A stretch of DNA of 42,581 bases from a virus (Duplodnaviria > Heunggongvirae > Uroviricota > Caudoviricetes), in IMG/VR virus record IMGVR_UViG_3300045988_019953, positions 1 to 42,581 of that record; one strand, written 5' to 3'. The notes beneath the pieces were generated by a model. It searched no databases. It was not told the DNA's origin and saw only the letters and a program-made list of their open reading frames with translations. Positions 1 through 7,051 of the stretch are shown one piece after another. Position numbers and translations under genes: made by a program. Every line of letters begins with the position of its first letter. The stretch's first letter is position 1.

Positions 1-77
1 TGGTCAATTAAATGCCGAGTTTTATGTTCGCAGTGCATAGCCCACCCATACATCGACTCGAAGACATAAAAGTCTGG
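1..77. repeat. Terminal direct repeat, left copy (identical to 42505-42581)
   Basis: Exact 77/77 match between window start and end, read directly; truncated by window edges so true length unknown. Confidence 0.9.
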
Positions 78-254
78 TTTGGCAAATGTCGTGCGCTTAA
101 TCTGCGACACGTGGCGGCCTATATCTTTAGGCCGTGGTACTTTGCCTAAGTACGCCATCTCTTCCATCTGGTGAGCACCGGACGGCGCACGCAATAGCCA
201 TAGCGCCTCTGTGTTATCCCGCCTGTCTACGGCGCGGTAGAGTTGGTAAATCAT
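1..254 (-). CDS. Hypothetical protein, 3-prime end wraps the junction (90 aa if circular; last 6 codons at 42486-42504)
   Basis: ATG at 252-254; manual translation open to base 1 and in frame across junction to TGA at 42486-42488; not in track because split by linearisation. Confidence 0.5.
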   Translation of the reverse strand, partial: MIYQLYRAVDRRDNTEALWLLRAPSGAHQMEEMAYLGKVPRPKDIGRHVSQIKRTTFAKPDFYVFESMYGWAMHCEHKTRHLID

Positions 255-274
255 AATTCCTACCCTCAGTTAAA

Positions 275-290
275 GCGGCCCTAAGGCCGC
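275..290 (-). terminator. Hairpin GCGGCC-CTAA-GGCCGC between two minus-strand genes (possible partial terminator)
   Basis: Perfect 6-bp stem read in sequence; only a weak T tract follows on the minus strand. Confidence 0.3.
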
Positions 291-297
291 AGGATAT

Positions 298-798
298 TTA
301 TTCTTCTTCGAAATACTTGTTCTTGATTGCCGTGAGGCGTTCCAGGTATTCAGCCAGGTCTTCGTCTTTAATCGCAGCAATCTTCATCTTCTTACCGGTG
401 AACTCTTCCAGCAGTTCATCGGAGTCATCGCACGCGGCATCGCTAGGACCTTCGTTAATCGCATCGTCGATAGCCTGAATCTGGTCGCGCAGAGATTTAT
501 AATCAACTTCTTCTTTCTCTTCTTCCGGCTCTGGCTTCGGCTCCTCTACTTTAGCTTTACGCGGCTTGCGTTTCGGCTTCTCTTCTTCTGCCGGTTTAGT
601 GTCGACGATGTCTTCACCTTCTACCGTGATTTCTTTTGTTTCTTCTTCGGCGCACTCGGCTACCGCTTCTTCGGTATACACTACCGTCTCTACTTCCAGA
701 GGCGCGGCAACCTGAACAACTTGTTTAGCGCTGTTCGCAGCAATCAGTTCGTGGGCAACTACGAAACGTTCAAGTAATTTCAGAAATTGTTCCAACAT
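298..798 (-). CDS. Acidic E/K/P-rich hypothetical protein
   Basis: 166-aa ORF in track; SD-like GGAGAT upstream of ATG; low-complexity acidic central region. Confidence 0.55.
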   Translation of the reverse strand: MLEQFLKLLERFVVAHELIAANSAKQVVQVAAPLEVETVVYTEEAVAECAEEETKEITVEGEDIVDTKPAEEEKPKRKPRKAKVEEPKPEPEEEKEEVDYKSLRDQIQAIDDAINEGPSDAACDDSDELLEEFTGKKMKIAAIKDEDLAEYLERLTAIKNKYFEEE

Positions 799-813
799 TT
801 GTTTATCTCCTGT

Positions 814-963
814 TTATTTATATTTAACGGTTTTAACTAACTGGCCTGTTGCTTTGTCGAAGAAGCCAACACGATTGTTGCTTACGCGATAGCGTGCGGT
901 TTCTTTAGCCCCAAATGCTATATCAAGGCCTAACAGAATCTTTGCTTTGCGGTTGTTAGTCAT
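814..963 (-). CDS. Small hypothetical protein (49 aa, below track threshold)
   Basis: ATG at 961-963 preceded by GAGGAGAG; stop at 814-816; first gene after leftward promoter. Confidence 0.45.
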   Translation of the reverse strand: MTNNRKAKILLGLDIAFGAKETARYRVSNNRVGFFDKATGQLVKTVKYK

Positions 964-995
964 TTTGTTTCTCTCCTCTTGTTTGGTATGGGCTA

Positions 996-1058
996 ACTAT
1001 AATAGCTAACTATTCATGATGTCAATGGGCTTTTCTAAAATAATTAATATGGTACTAT
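996..1058. promoter_or_regulatory. Divergent promoter region: leftward TTGACA-18-TATAGT and rightward -10 TACTAT, with dyad AATAG-N4-CTATT at 1001-1014
   Basis: Hexamers read in sequence; sits between divergent gene starts at 963 (minus) and 1090 (plus). Confidence 0.5.
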
Positions 1059-1089
1059 TCACATATCGACTAACTAAGGAGTAATTGAC

Positions 1090-1305
1090 ATGCAACCATC
1101 TGAACTAGGCATCCGTGTAGAACAACGCCGTAAAGAACTCGGCATCTCCCAGCGCCGTCTGGCTGTTCTGACTGGCGTTTCCCAGGGCGCGATTAACCAG
1201 CTGGCACTTGGGGTAACTCAGGACGTCCGACCGGCGACGCTGTTTAAACTGGCGGAAGTGCTGCAAGTAGACGCCAAGTGGCTGGCGTTCGGTGAAGGGG
1301 CTTAA
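1090..1305 (+). CDS. XRE/Cro-like helix-turn-helix transcriptional regulator
   Basis: 71 aa; segment ELGISQRRLAVLTGVSQGAINQL matches the classic XRE HTH pattern; SD AAGGAG upstream. Confidence 0.8.
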   Translation: MQPSELGIRVEQRRKELGISQRRLAVLTGVSQGAINQLALGVTQDVRPATLFKLAEVLQVDAKWLAFGEGA

Positions 1306-1320
1306 CGCCCCTTTCTTTTT
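1295..1320. terminator. Rho-independent terminator (AGGGGC-TTAAC-GCCCCT plus T tract)
   Basis: GC stem followed by TTTCTTTTT; lies between convergent genes. Confidence 0.6.
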
Positions 1321-1322
1321 GC

Positions 1323-3563
1323 CTATTCTAAATCTTCCTCTGTCACTGTCAGCATTTCATTCGGTTCGTATATTGTCTTCGGTCTTAATCTGTCACCCAT
1401 CTTTTCCGGTATCCGGTAGGTGCCCGGTATAACTTCACCGTTAACATCGCACCCTAGCATCAACTCACCGTCTTTCAGCATCTTCTCGAGATGATGGTTG
1501 GTGATGGCGTGGTCGCCAGAATTCGCCACTATCTGCCGTTGTGTAAAACCTCGTCCGGTGTCGTCTGACTGTTGCAGGTCTTCCAGCGCGGCAAGTATTG
1601 ATTCCTTACGCCCTTCATCCTTTCCACGTTTTACGGCATTCTTTACGTTTTCTTTACCTTCTTTCGTCAGCCCTTCTTCCCGCTCTTTCTCCTCGTCAGT
1701 TTTGAACGGCTCGAAGCCCCACGGCATTAACACAAGTGCCTTATGCGGCTCCGGCAGGTCCAGGTTTACGATTGTGCCGTATTTCTCTGTGCTACCGAGG
1801 AACTCAACCGCACGGTACTCTTTCGGTGGTGGCGCTTCACGGAACTGTACCGACTCCAGCACCATGCCAACCGTCTTCTGTTGGGGCCCGTGCTTAAATT
1901 TAGAGTGGTATACGTTTATCTGACGGTCGGTTGCACGCTCAATGGTCAGTTCCACGTCGACGCCCGCATACAAAGCCCCGCTGCCACGGGCTTTCTTTCC
2001 ACCCTTCGGCGTATGGTGGACAACACCTACCGCGGCTTTAGTCGCATCGCGCACTTCTTTCAGGATGGCGATAACTTTACCCATACCTATTGCCGTTGAT
2101 GAACTGTTCTCGTCGAACTTATCAATAGTCAACGCCAGGGTCTGATTAAGGGTGTCGAACGCAACCATGCCGATTGGCTCGTCGCCAGCAGTTTCGCGCA
2201 TTAACTTAATCAGGCTTTTAAGTTTGCCGACTTCGCCCATATCGATGACATGTACATAATCTTTACCTTCCCAACCGTATTTAGCCGCGAGCGCGTCAAT
2301 ACGTGTACGTGTGGCTGCACCGCCTTCACCATCAATATAGAAGTGGTGGCAACGCTGGGTGTCTGCCCCTGCGAAGCGATAACCAGCGGCGCTGAGATAC
2401 ATCATCCCCAGCGTATAGAACGATTTGTACGTGCCAGATTCCCCGACGATATCCCAGATACAATCCGACGGCATATACCCCTCAACGACGAAATCAGCCT
2501 TTACCGGCTCCGGTAACTCGTCCTCCTCTGAGTCTTCGTTATCTTCCAGGTCGTCGAGGCTGCATGAAACAGATTCACGTGCACCCCAGCCGATTGCCTC
2601 AGCGACTTCACTGAACGGCAGCCCTGTAGCATCACACGCGTATTTCCACACCTCTTTCGGCGACATGCCTTCGGTTGCCATGATGTCAGTGTCGTGAATC
2701 ATGGTTACGTTCGGCGCTTCGTAGCCCTCGCGCGGGAAGCATAGCAGGAAGTCATCCGGGCGCGGCGTCGGGTCGCTGTAGTTCTCGGCGTGTTCTGGTG
2801 TAGCAGGCATCTTCAGGCCGCGGGGCGTCATGACGCCGCCGTACTCGAATGCCAGCGCTTCGAACGCGTCAGTAAACGCTGTGCGCAGTTCTTCCGGTAT
2901 CTGGTAATCCGATGCGCTGCTCACCTCGTAATCCGGTATGCCTTCCAGTAGCTCACCCGGGTCAAGCAGGTCATTGCGGCGCGACCAGATAACCCGAGAG
3001 CCAACTGGCGGCAGGTACATCGGCTGCGACAGAGTGAATCCGCTGCGGTCCGCGCCCATGCCTTTGAAGAAGTGCTCCAGCAGTCCATGACGAACACGGA
3101 TGATGTTACCCCCTTCAACCGGACGGGCCAGCGGCATGACTACACGAAAGCGCGGTGACTCATCTGTATGTGACGCCGTGGTATAGAGGCACATCGCCTG
3201 GCGGCTGCGCTTAACCAGGCGCACAGCTTCCTGATACTCTTCCGGCGTCGCACTGTCGAAGTCCAGATACGCCAGCGACGATTTGCTTACAGACGCGTCG
3301 CAGCGGTAGAAGAAGCCTTTACGCGCTTGCTTAAAGTCACCGGTTTCCGGGTCTTTTACGGTGCTGTGTGCGGAGTCACACGCGGCGGTGATGTAGCCCG
3401 GCGCGGTCTTCGGGTTAATTCCGTCACGAACGGCATCGAGCGGCTGGATTAACTCTTTCAGGTCGTCCAGTGTTGCCGTGTGAGTGGTTCTGACGTTTAT
3501 ATCCTTTTTCTCTGCTCGCGAGTTGCGACGTGACCACGAGTAGGATAAAATTACATCGGACAT
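1323..3563 (-). CDS. Replication protein: N-terminal primase-like region fused to C-terminal RecA-like P-loop ATPase (primase/helicase)
   Basis: 746 aa; Walker A-like GESGTYKS and downstream VVHHTPKGG typical of RepA/DnaB-like ATPases; N-terminal domain assignment is inference. Confidence 0.55.
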   Translation of the reverse strand: MSDVILSYSWSRRNSRAEKKDINVRTTHTATLDDLKELIQPLDAVRDGINPKTAPGYITAACDSAHSTVKDPETGDFKQARKGFFYRCDASVSKSSLAYLDFDSATPEEYQEAVRLVKRSRQAMCLYTTASHTDESPRFRVVMPLARPVEGGNIIRVRHGLLEHFFKGMGADRSGFTLSQPMYLPPVGSRVIWSRRNDLLDPGELLEGIPDYEVSSASDYQIPEELRTAFTDAFEALAFEYGGVMTPRGLKMPATPEHAENYSDPTPRPDDFLLCFPREGYEAPNVTMIHDTDIMATEGMSPKEVWKYACDATGLPFSEVAEAIGWGARESVSCSLDDLEDNEDSEEDELPEPVKADFVVEGYMPSDCIWDIVGESGTYKSFYTLGMMYLSAAGYRFAGADTQRCHHFYIDGEGGAATRTRIDALAAKYGWEGKDYVHVIDMGEVGKLKSLIKLMRETAGDEPIGMVAFDTLNQTLALTIDKFDENSSSTAIGMGKVIAILKEVRDATKAAVGVVHHTPKGGKKARGSGALYAGVDVELTIERATDRQINVYHSKFKHGPQQKTVGMVLESVQFREAPPPKEYRAVEFLGSTEKYGTIVNLDLPEPHKALVLMPWGFEPFKTDEEKEREEGLTKEGKENVKNAVKRGKDEGRKESILAALEDLQQSDDTGRGFTQRQIVANSGDHAITNHHLEKMLKDGELMLGCDVNGEVIPGTYRIPEKMGDRLRPKTIYEPNEMLTVTEEDLE

Positions 3564-3623
3564 ATTATAATTCCTTCAGCAAGTAATTTGGCCTCGGCGT
3601 TGGCACCGCGTCGAGGCTTTCTT

Positions 3624-4073
3624 TTATTCGGCGTTTGGTACTGCAAGAGCATACACGCCATCCAGCACCTTAATCAACAAACCTTTTTTACAAAGTCCAC
3701 GCATGGCGGTACAGACAGCACCAAGATTAGTGACATCCTCTTTTACCAAGGCATATACCGCACTAGGCGTAAAACGTTGCCCTTGCTGTTCAAGACACTT
3801 CCCATAGACTAGTTTTTGTAACTCCGTGAGCCTGCCTTTCTCAGGCAAAGGAACCGATATAACATCAAAAGGTTTTCCACCTTTAACCCAATACCGATAT
3901 TTACTCCCATCATAAACACGGTCTACTTCCCCTAAATAACCCAATAAGGTAACCGTCGCGCTAATCGGCCCGTCGAGTTCTATTGCCGATTTAATGTCAT
4001 GTAGTGACGCTCCCGGGCTCTCGGCTAATATCAGATTTAACGATTTCAGAAACTCGTCTAAGTATTTATGCAT
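3624..4073 (-). CDS. Hypothetical protein, possible C-terminal winged-helix
   Basis: 149-aa ORF; start overlaps the stop of the upstream small ORF (ATGCATAA). Confidence 0.5.
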   Translation of the reverse strand: MHKYLDEFLKSLNLILAESPGASLHDIKSAIELDGPISATVTLLGYLGEVDRVYDGSKYRYWVKGGKPFDVISVPLPEKGRLTELQKLVYGKCLEQQGQRFTPSAVYALVKEDVTNLGAVCTAMRGLCKKGLLIKVLDGVYALAVPNAE

Positions 4074-4209
4074 TCTTTTTAGCCTCTCTTAACTGTTTAC
4101 GGTAGGCATTGAAGCATTCACGGCAATAACTGCGTGTGCCTTTTCTGTCATATCGTTTAAGGAACGCACCCTCTTCTTTTTCTTTCCTACACATCTGGCA
4201 AATCTTCAT
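4066..4209 (-). CDS. Small zinc-ribbon protein (47 aa, CxxC...CxxC; below track threshold)
   Basis: ATG at 4207-4209 with GAGGAG 8 nt upstream; two CxxC pairs (CQMC, CREC); stop overlaps next gene start. Confidence 0.5.
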   Translation of the reverse strand: MKICQMCRKEKEEGAFLKRYDRKGTRSYCRECFNAYRKQLREAKKNA

Positions 4210-4227
4210 CTAAATACTCCTCGGTTG

Positions 4228-4256
4228 TTGAAGTACCCAAGATAATGGTACTTCAA
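4228..4256. promoter_or_regulatory. Perfect 10-bp inverted repeat TTGAAGTACC-N9-GGTACTTCAA (candidate operator)
   Basis: Arms at 4228-4237 and 4247-4256 are exact reverse complements; just upstream of the minus-strand replication operon. Confidence 0.5.
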
Positions 4257-4304
4257 GCAAAAAGCAACAACAAAGTTACTAAGATACAAAAGATGCTACA
4301 CGTA

Positions 4305-4333
4305 TTGACTTTTCACTAAAAATGTGCTAAGCT
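4305..4333 (+). promoter_or_regulatory. Sigma70-like promoter TTGACT-17-TAAGCT driving conserved element copy A
   Basis: -35 at 4305-4310, -10 at 4328-4333; 28 of 29 positions identical to promoter at 15639-15667. Confidence 0.55.
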
Positions 4334-4339
4334 CCACCT

Positions 4340-4560
4340 GAGCTTGTGAAGTATGAACAAGCGACCGTGTCACGGCAGGAAACGGAGCGGGGCGTTAGCC
4401 CTGAGTGTAGTTTCGCTGACGCGTCCGGAAGGCCACTGGTCTATTGCAAAAATCCCCTAAGTTACATAAGTAACTAATTTTCCTTAAGTTTCTTAATGTG
4501 CTGTAGATTCGCAACCGTAAAAATGTAACGATTATTGGGCAGGCTTAAAGCCTGCCCTTT
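4340..4560 (+). ncRNA. Candidate structured small RNA, copy A
   Basis: Promoter-to-terminator unit with no ORF; about 115-nt core conserved with copy B, with two compensatory stem substitutions. Confidence 0.35.
4537..4560 (+). terminator. Rho-independent terminator (GGGCAGGCT-TAA-AGCCTGCCC plus TTT)
   Basis: 9-bp GC-rich stem followed by a short T tract. Confidence 0.55.
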
Positions 4561-4630
4561 AGTTACCAAGTAATAAGAATCTACGGCACAACCCAACCTG
4601 AAGAATCACAACGGCAACGTAACTAATCTC

Positions 4631-4659
4631 TTGCACACCCCAATATAATAGGATACTAT
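4631..4659 (+). promoter_or_regulatory. Early promoter TTGCAC-17-TACTAT with dyad AATAG-N4-CTATT (4647-4660)
   Basis: Hexamers with 17-bp spacer; 23-mer nearly identical to those at 15540 and 24940; conserved leader TCACTTATCGAAACGAG. Confidence 0.55.
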
Positions 4660-4693
4660 TCACTTATCGAAACGAGACTGAGGAGTGAGGGTT

Positions 4694-4876
4694 ATGTTTA
4701 AGAAGGGTCAGTTGGTGAAAACAAAGCGCAGCCGGCAACACGTAATAGTTACCAAAGACGAGGATGAATATGGTGTTGTCGCCGTATTTAGCCTTATACG
4801 GAAGAAACGTGGTTATGTTCATCACAATAATTTACAGCTTATCGGCAACAATTTTAAATTCAAAGGGGCGAAGTGA
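4694..4876 (+). CDS. Hypothetical early protein (60 aa)
   Basis: ATG 4694 after AGGAG; track ORF begins at upstream GTG 4685; stop overlaps next start (TGATG). Confidence 0.5.
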   Translation: MFKKGQLVKTKRSRQHVIVTKDEDEYGVVAVFSLIRKKRGYVHHNNLQLIGNNFKFKGAK

Positions 4877-5166
4877 TGGGAGAATTACCTCAATGTGAAC
4901 GCCAGTTCATTAGCTGGTTTATCCCTGTAAATAATTTCAACATTTCTGATTTGCTGGAACTAAGAGAAAAAGGTGCTCTGTGGGTGTGTAACGCCCGAGA
5001 CGTAACAAAGGCCAGGGTATGGAATTTTAGCCTACTGCGTCGCCCTAATAAGTCAGGGGCGGGTGCGGTAACGATGGACTTGTTACATCGCAAAGGTAAG
5101 TTGTTTATGAGAACGGCATCGAATCATGATGCCCGTGCCGACGACTCTGAGGGAGGTTGCCGTTAA
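4876..5166 (+). CDS. Hypothetical protein, paralog A of 15272-15517
   Basis: About 80 percent identical by eye to the minus-strand ORF at 15272-15517; translationally coupled to the upstream gene. Confidence 0.6.
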   Translation: MGELPQCERQFISWFIPVNNFNISDLLELREKGALWVCNARDVTKARVWNFSLLRRPNKSGAGAVTMDLLHRKGKLFMRTASNHDARADDSEGGCR

Positions 5167-5312
5167 TGAGAATTCGTATAACTGATGTTGATTATGTGGA
5201 CCCGCGCGATGGCGACGATTTGTCGCTTAGTTACTGGGGAGTCGCCCTTGGTGATGTGTTTGAGGTTTCCAGGGCCGGTTCCGATATGTTCATTATTGAA
5301 TGTGACGCCTGA
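5166..5312 (+). CDS. Small hypothetical protein (48 aa)
   Basis: ATG overlaps upstream stop (TAATG); below track threshold. Confidence 0.4.
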   Translation: MRIRITDVDYVDPRDGDDLSLSYWGVALGDVFEVSRAGSDMFIIECDA

Positions 5313-5360
5313 TATGTGGTTGTACACTCCTGTGAATGTGAGGTTCTGGAGGACTAAGTT

Positions 5361-5504
5361 ATGAGAGAAGCATTTGAGCGTTGGGCCATCGTCGAGGGTC
5401 TGCCGGTTTACAAGGGTTCGAAGAAAGAGTACCTGAACGTTAAGACCCGTCTCGCGTGGCGGGCGTGGAAAGCTGGTGTGCGAACTGCGATGAATATGGG
5501 GTGA
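5361..5504 (+). CDS. Small hypothetical protein (47 aa)
   Basis: ATG at 5361 preceded by GGAGGA; below track threshold. Confidence 0.4.
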   Translation: MREAFERWAIVEGLPVYKGSKKEYLNVKTRLAWRAWKAGVRTAMNMG

Positions 5505-5507
5505 GAT

Positions 5508-5711
5508 ATGAGTAAGTGGGTTAAGTGTAGTGAGCGGATGTCGGGGCTAGGTCAACCAGTTTTGGTCGTCAGTAGTATGGGTGGCGTGGTCCAGAACAAT
5601 GTGTACGAGTGGGATGGGGTAACTTGGTGTGATTTCCGTGCGGACTACGGGGAACACGCGCAGGAAGTGTTTTCTCACTGGATGCCGTTACCAGAGCCGC
5701 CGGAAGTGTGA
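5508..5711 (+). CDS. DUF551-like small protein
   Basis: 67 aa; C-terminal HWMPLPEPP resembles the DUF551 signature common in phage early regions (from memory). Confidence 0.45.
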   Translation: MSKWVKCSERMSGLGQPVLVVSSMGGVVQNNVYEWDGVTWCDFRADYGEHAQEVFSHWMPLPEPPEV

Positions 5712-5858
5712 TGTTCAATAGTTTGGGATTTTACCGAGTGACTTACGCTGCTACACAGCAGCGTATCATTTTTCTCATTTTTGTTCTATTTCACCAAACG
5801 CAACAATAGAAGCGACTATTGCAGGAGATGCAACAATACAAACCCCAATAAAATGTAC

Positions 5859-5887
5859 TTGCACACTAAGATAGAATAGGCTACTAT
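5859..5887 (+). promoter_or_regulatory. Early promoter TTGCAC-17-TACTAT with dyad AATAG-N4-CTATT (5875-5888)
   Basis: Same architecture as 4631-4659; followed by RBS GAGGAGAG and ATG at 5919. Confidence 0.5.
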
Positions 5888-5918
5888 TCATTTACACGAA
5901 CAAGAGGAGAGACAGAAG

Positions 5919-6047
5919 ATGGAAGATTATAGCGAAGTAACTTTGGGTGAGTTGCAGGACGAGTACGAGGATATGCTCTACCCGTTCATTTGCGACGGGG
6001 ATTACAACGGCGTCTATAACGGGGTGAGCGAAGAATATGAGCACTAA
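5919..6047 (+). CDS. Small highly acidic protein (42 aa), first gene after an early promoter
   Basis: Manual translation MEDYSEVTLGELQDEYEDML...; stop overlaps next gene start; below track threshold. Confidence 0.4.
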   Translation: MEDYSEVTLGELQDEYEDMLYPFICDGDYNGVYNGVSEEYEH

Positions 6048-6483
6048 AAACGAAGTATTCGAGTATCTGATTGACCAACTACGGCAGCAGGTAACTAACA
6101 ACCCTTACAAGCAACAGTGCGAAGACCTGGCGCATGAGGTGCTGTCACTTAAGAATCAGTTACGTGATGCGTCGGCGCAGATTAAGGAGTTGCATAAGGC
6201 GCTGGCCAGAGCTACTGGGGATGTGGAGGCATACAAACTTATCCGTAAAGGTGAGCAATCTGGTTGCCGTAAAGAGGACGTGCCGGAATGCAAGCACGAA
6301 TGGTACTTTTACGATAAAGGTGCTTCGATGATGTGCAGAATATGCGGCTTAAAGAGTCCCGACCGTCAAAAAGAAGATACGCAGGAATGCGAGCATGATT
6401 GGAGGGTAGTGCAGTACTCCGCTGGGGCAGAGATTAATAAGTGCCGACTTTGCGGAGAAGAGAAAGAGGTTCACTACGAATGA
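6037..6483 (+). CDS. Coiled-coil protein with tandem Cys-rich zinc-ribbon-like modules
   Basis: 148 aa; repeated pattern ECKHEW...CRICG and ECEHDW...CRLCG. Confidence 0.55.
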   Translation: MSTKNEVFEYLIDQLRQQVTNNPYKQQCEDLAHEVLSLKNQLRDASAQIKELHKALARATGDVEAYKLIRKGEQSGCRKEDVPECKHEWYFYDKGASMMCRICGLKSPDRQKEDTQECEHDWRVVQYSAGAEINKCRLCGEEKEVHYE

Positions 6484-6683
6484 CCAGCATCTTATTTATC
6501 TGGGTATTGTCTGCGGGCCAGATGCATCTCGCGGCATCAGAAACGTTTTACTCAATGGAGGCGTGCCAGTCAGCGGCACGCGCCGCAGAGAACGCGCACT
6601 TCCTGTTTCAGGGTGACAAGCCTAACGATTCAGAGGTACGCGCTATCTGCTCACCTAAGCGACTTGGTAAACAGGAGAAATGA
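6480..6683 (+). CDS. Small protein with N-terminal signal-peptide-like segment
   Basis: ATG 6480 overlaps upstream stop (ATGA); hydrophobic MTSILFIWVLSAGQMHLAAS; track ORF starts at an upstream alternative codon. Confidence 0.45.
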   Translation: MTSILFIWVLSAGQMHLAASETFYSMEACQSAARAAENAHFLFQGDKPNDSEVRAICSPKRLGKQEK

Positions 6684-6976
6684 TGTCGCTAGCAACTGAC
6701 ATCCTGAAACGAAGCGGCCTTGTGCCGCTGTCACCGAGAGCTAAAACACAGATATACAAGCGCCGAGGTAACGCGCTGTACCCCGAGATTCAGGCCAGGC
6801 GCAAAGCTGTACGCGCCTGCGGGTTCCAGAACGGGAAGGCCGTGAATCTGGGTGAGTTCAAAACAAAGGAACGCGCAGTTATCGCTAATAAGCTATTTAA
6901 TTACTGGAAGTCGTTGGGATACGATGATATTCCATCGAAACCACAGAGACGACAATACATCTGGCGTCATAAATAA
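6680..6976 (+). CDS. Hypothetical basic protein
   Basis: 98-aa ORF in track, coupled to the upstream gene. Confidence 0.5.
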   Translation: MMSLATDILKRSGLVPLSPRAKTQIYKRRGNALYPEIQARRKAVRACGFQNGKAVNLGEFKTKERAVIANKLFNYWKSLGYDDIPSKPQRRQYIWRHK

Positions 6977-7051
6977 ACCGTTATTAAGATAATTCCTAAC
7001 CGTGCTATCCTCCAGTTACTGCATACTTAATACGCACCTGGAGGATTCATC

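Noticed and set aside
1-77. Biological direct terminal repeat as the explanation for the 77-bp end duplication
   Set aside because: The repeat is short, truncated exactly at the window edges, bisects an ORF, and matches a common assembler k-mer length; assembly overlap is more likely, though only read data can settle it.
1498-2697. Several plus-strand ORFs (141, 118, 67, 88, 90 aa) within 1323-3563
   Set aside because: All are nested inside the long minus-strand primase/helicase gene with its Walker A motif; their Ser/Arg-rich composition is typical of out-of-frame artefacts.
4890-5093. Antisense ORFs opposite both paralogs (4890-5093 minus; 15300-15638 plus), which also look mutually conserved
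   Set aside because: Their similarity is a by-product of conservation of the sense-strand paralogs; the sense frames have RBSs, a promoter (copy B) or translational coupling (copy A), the antisense frames have neither.
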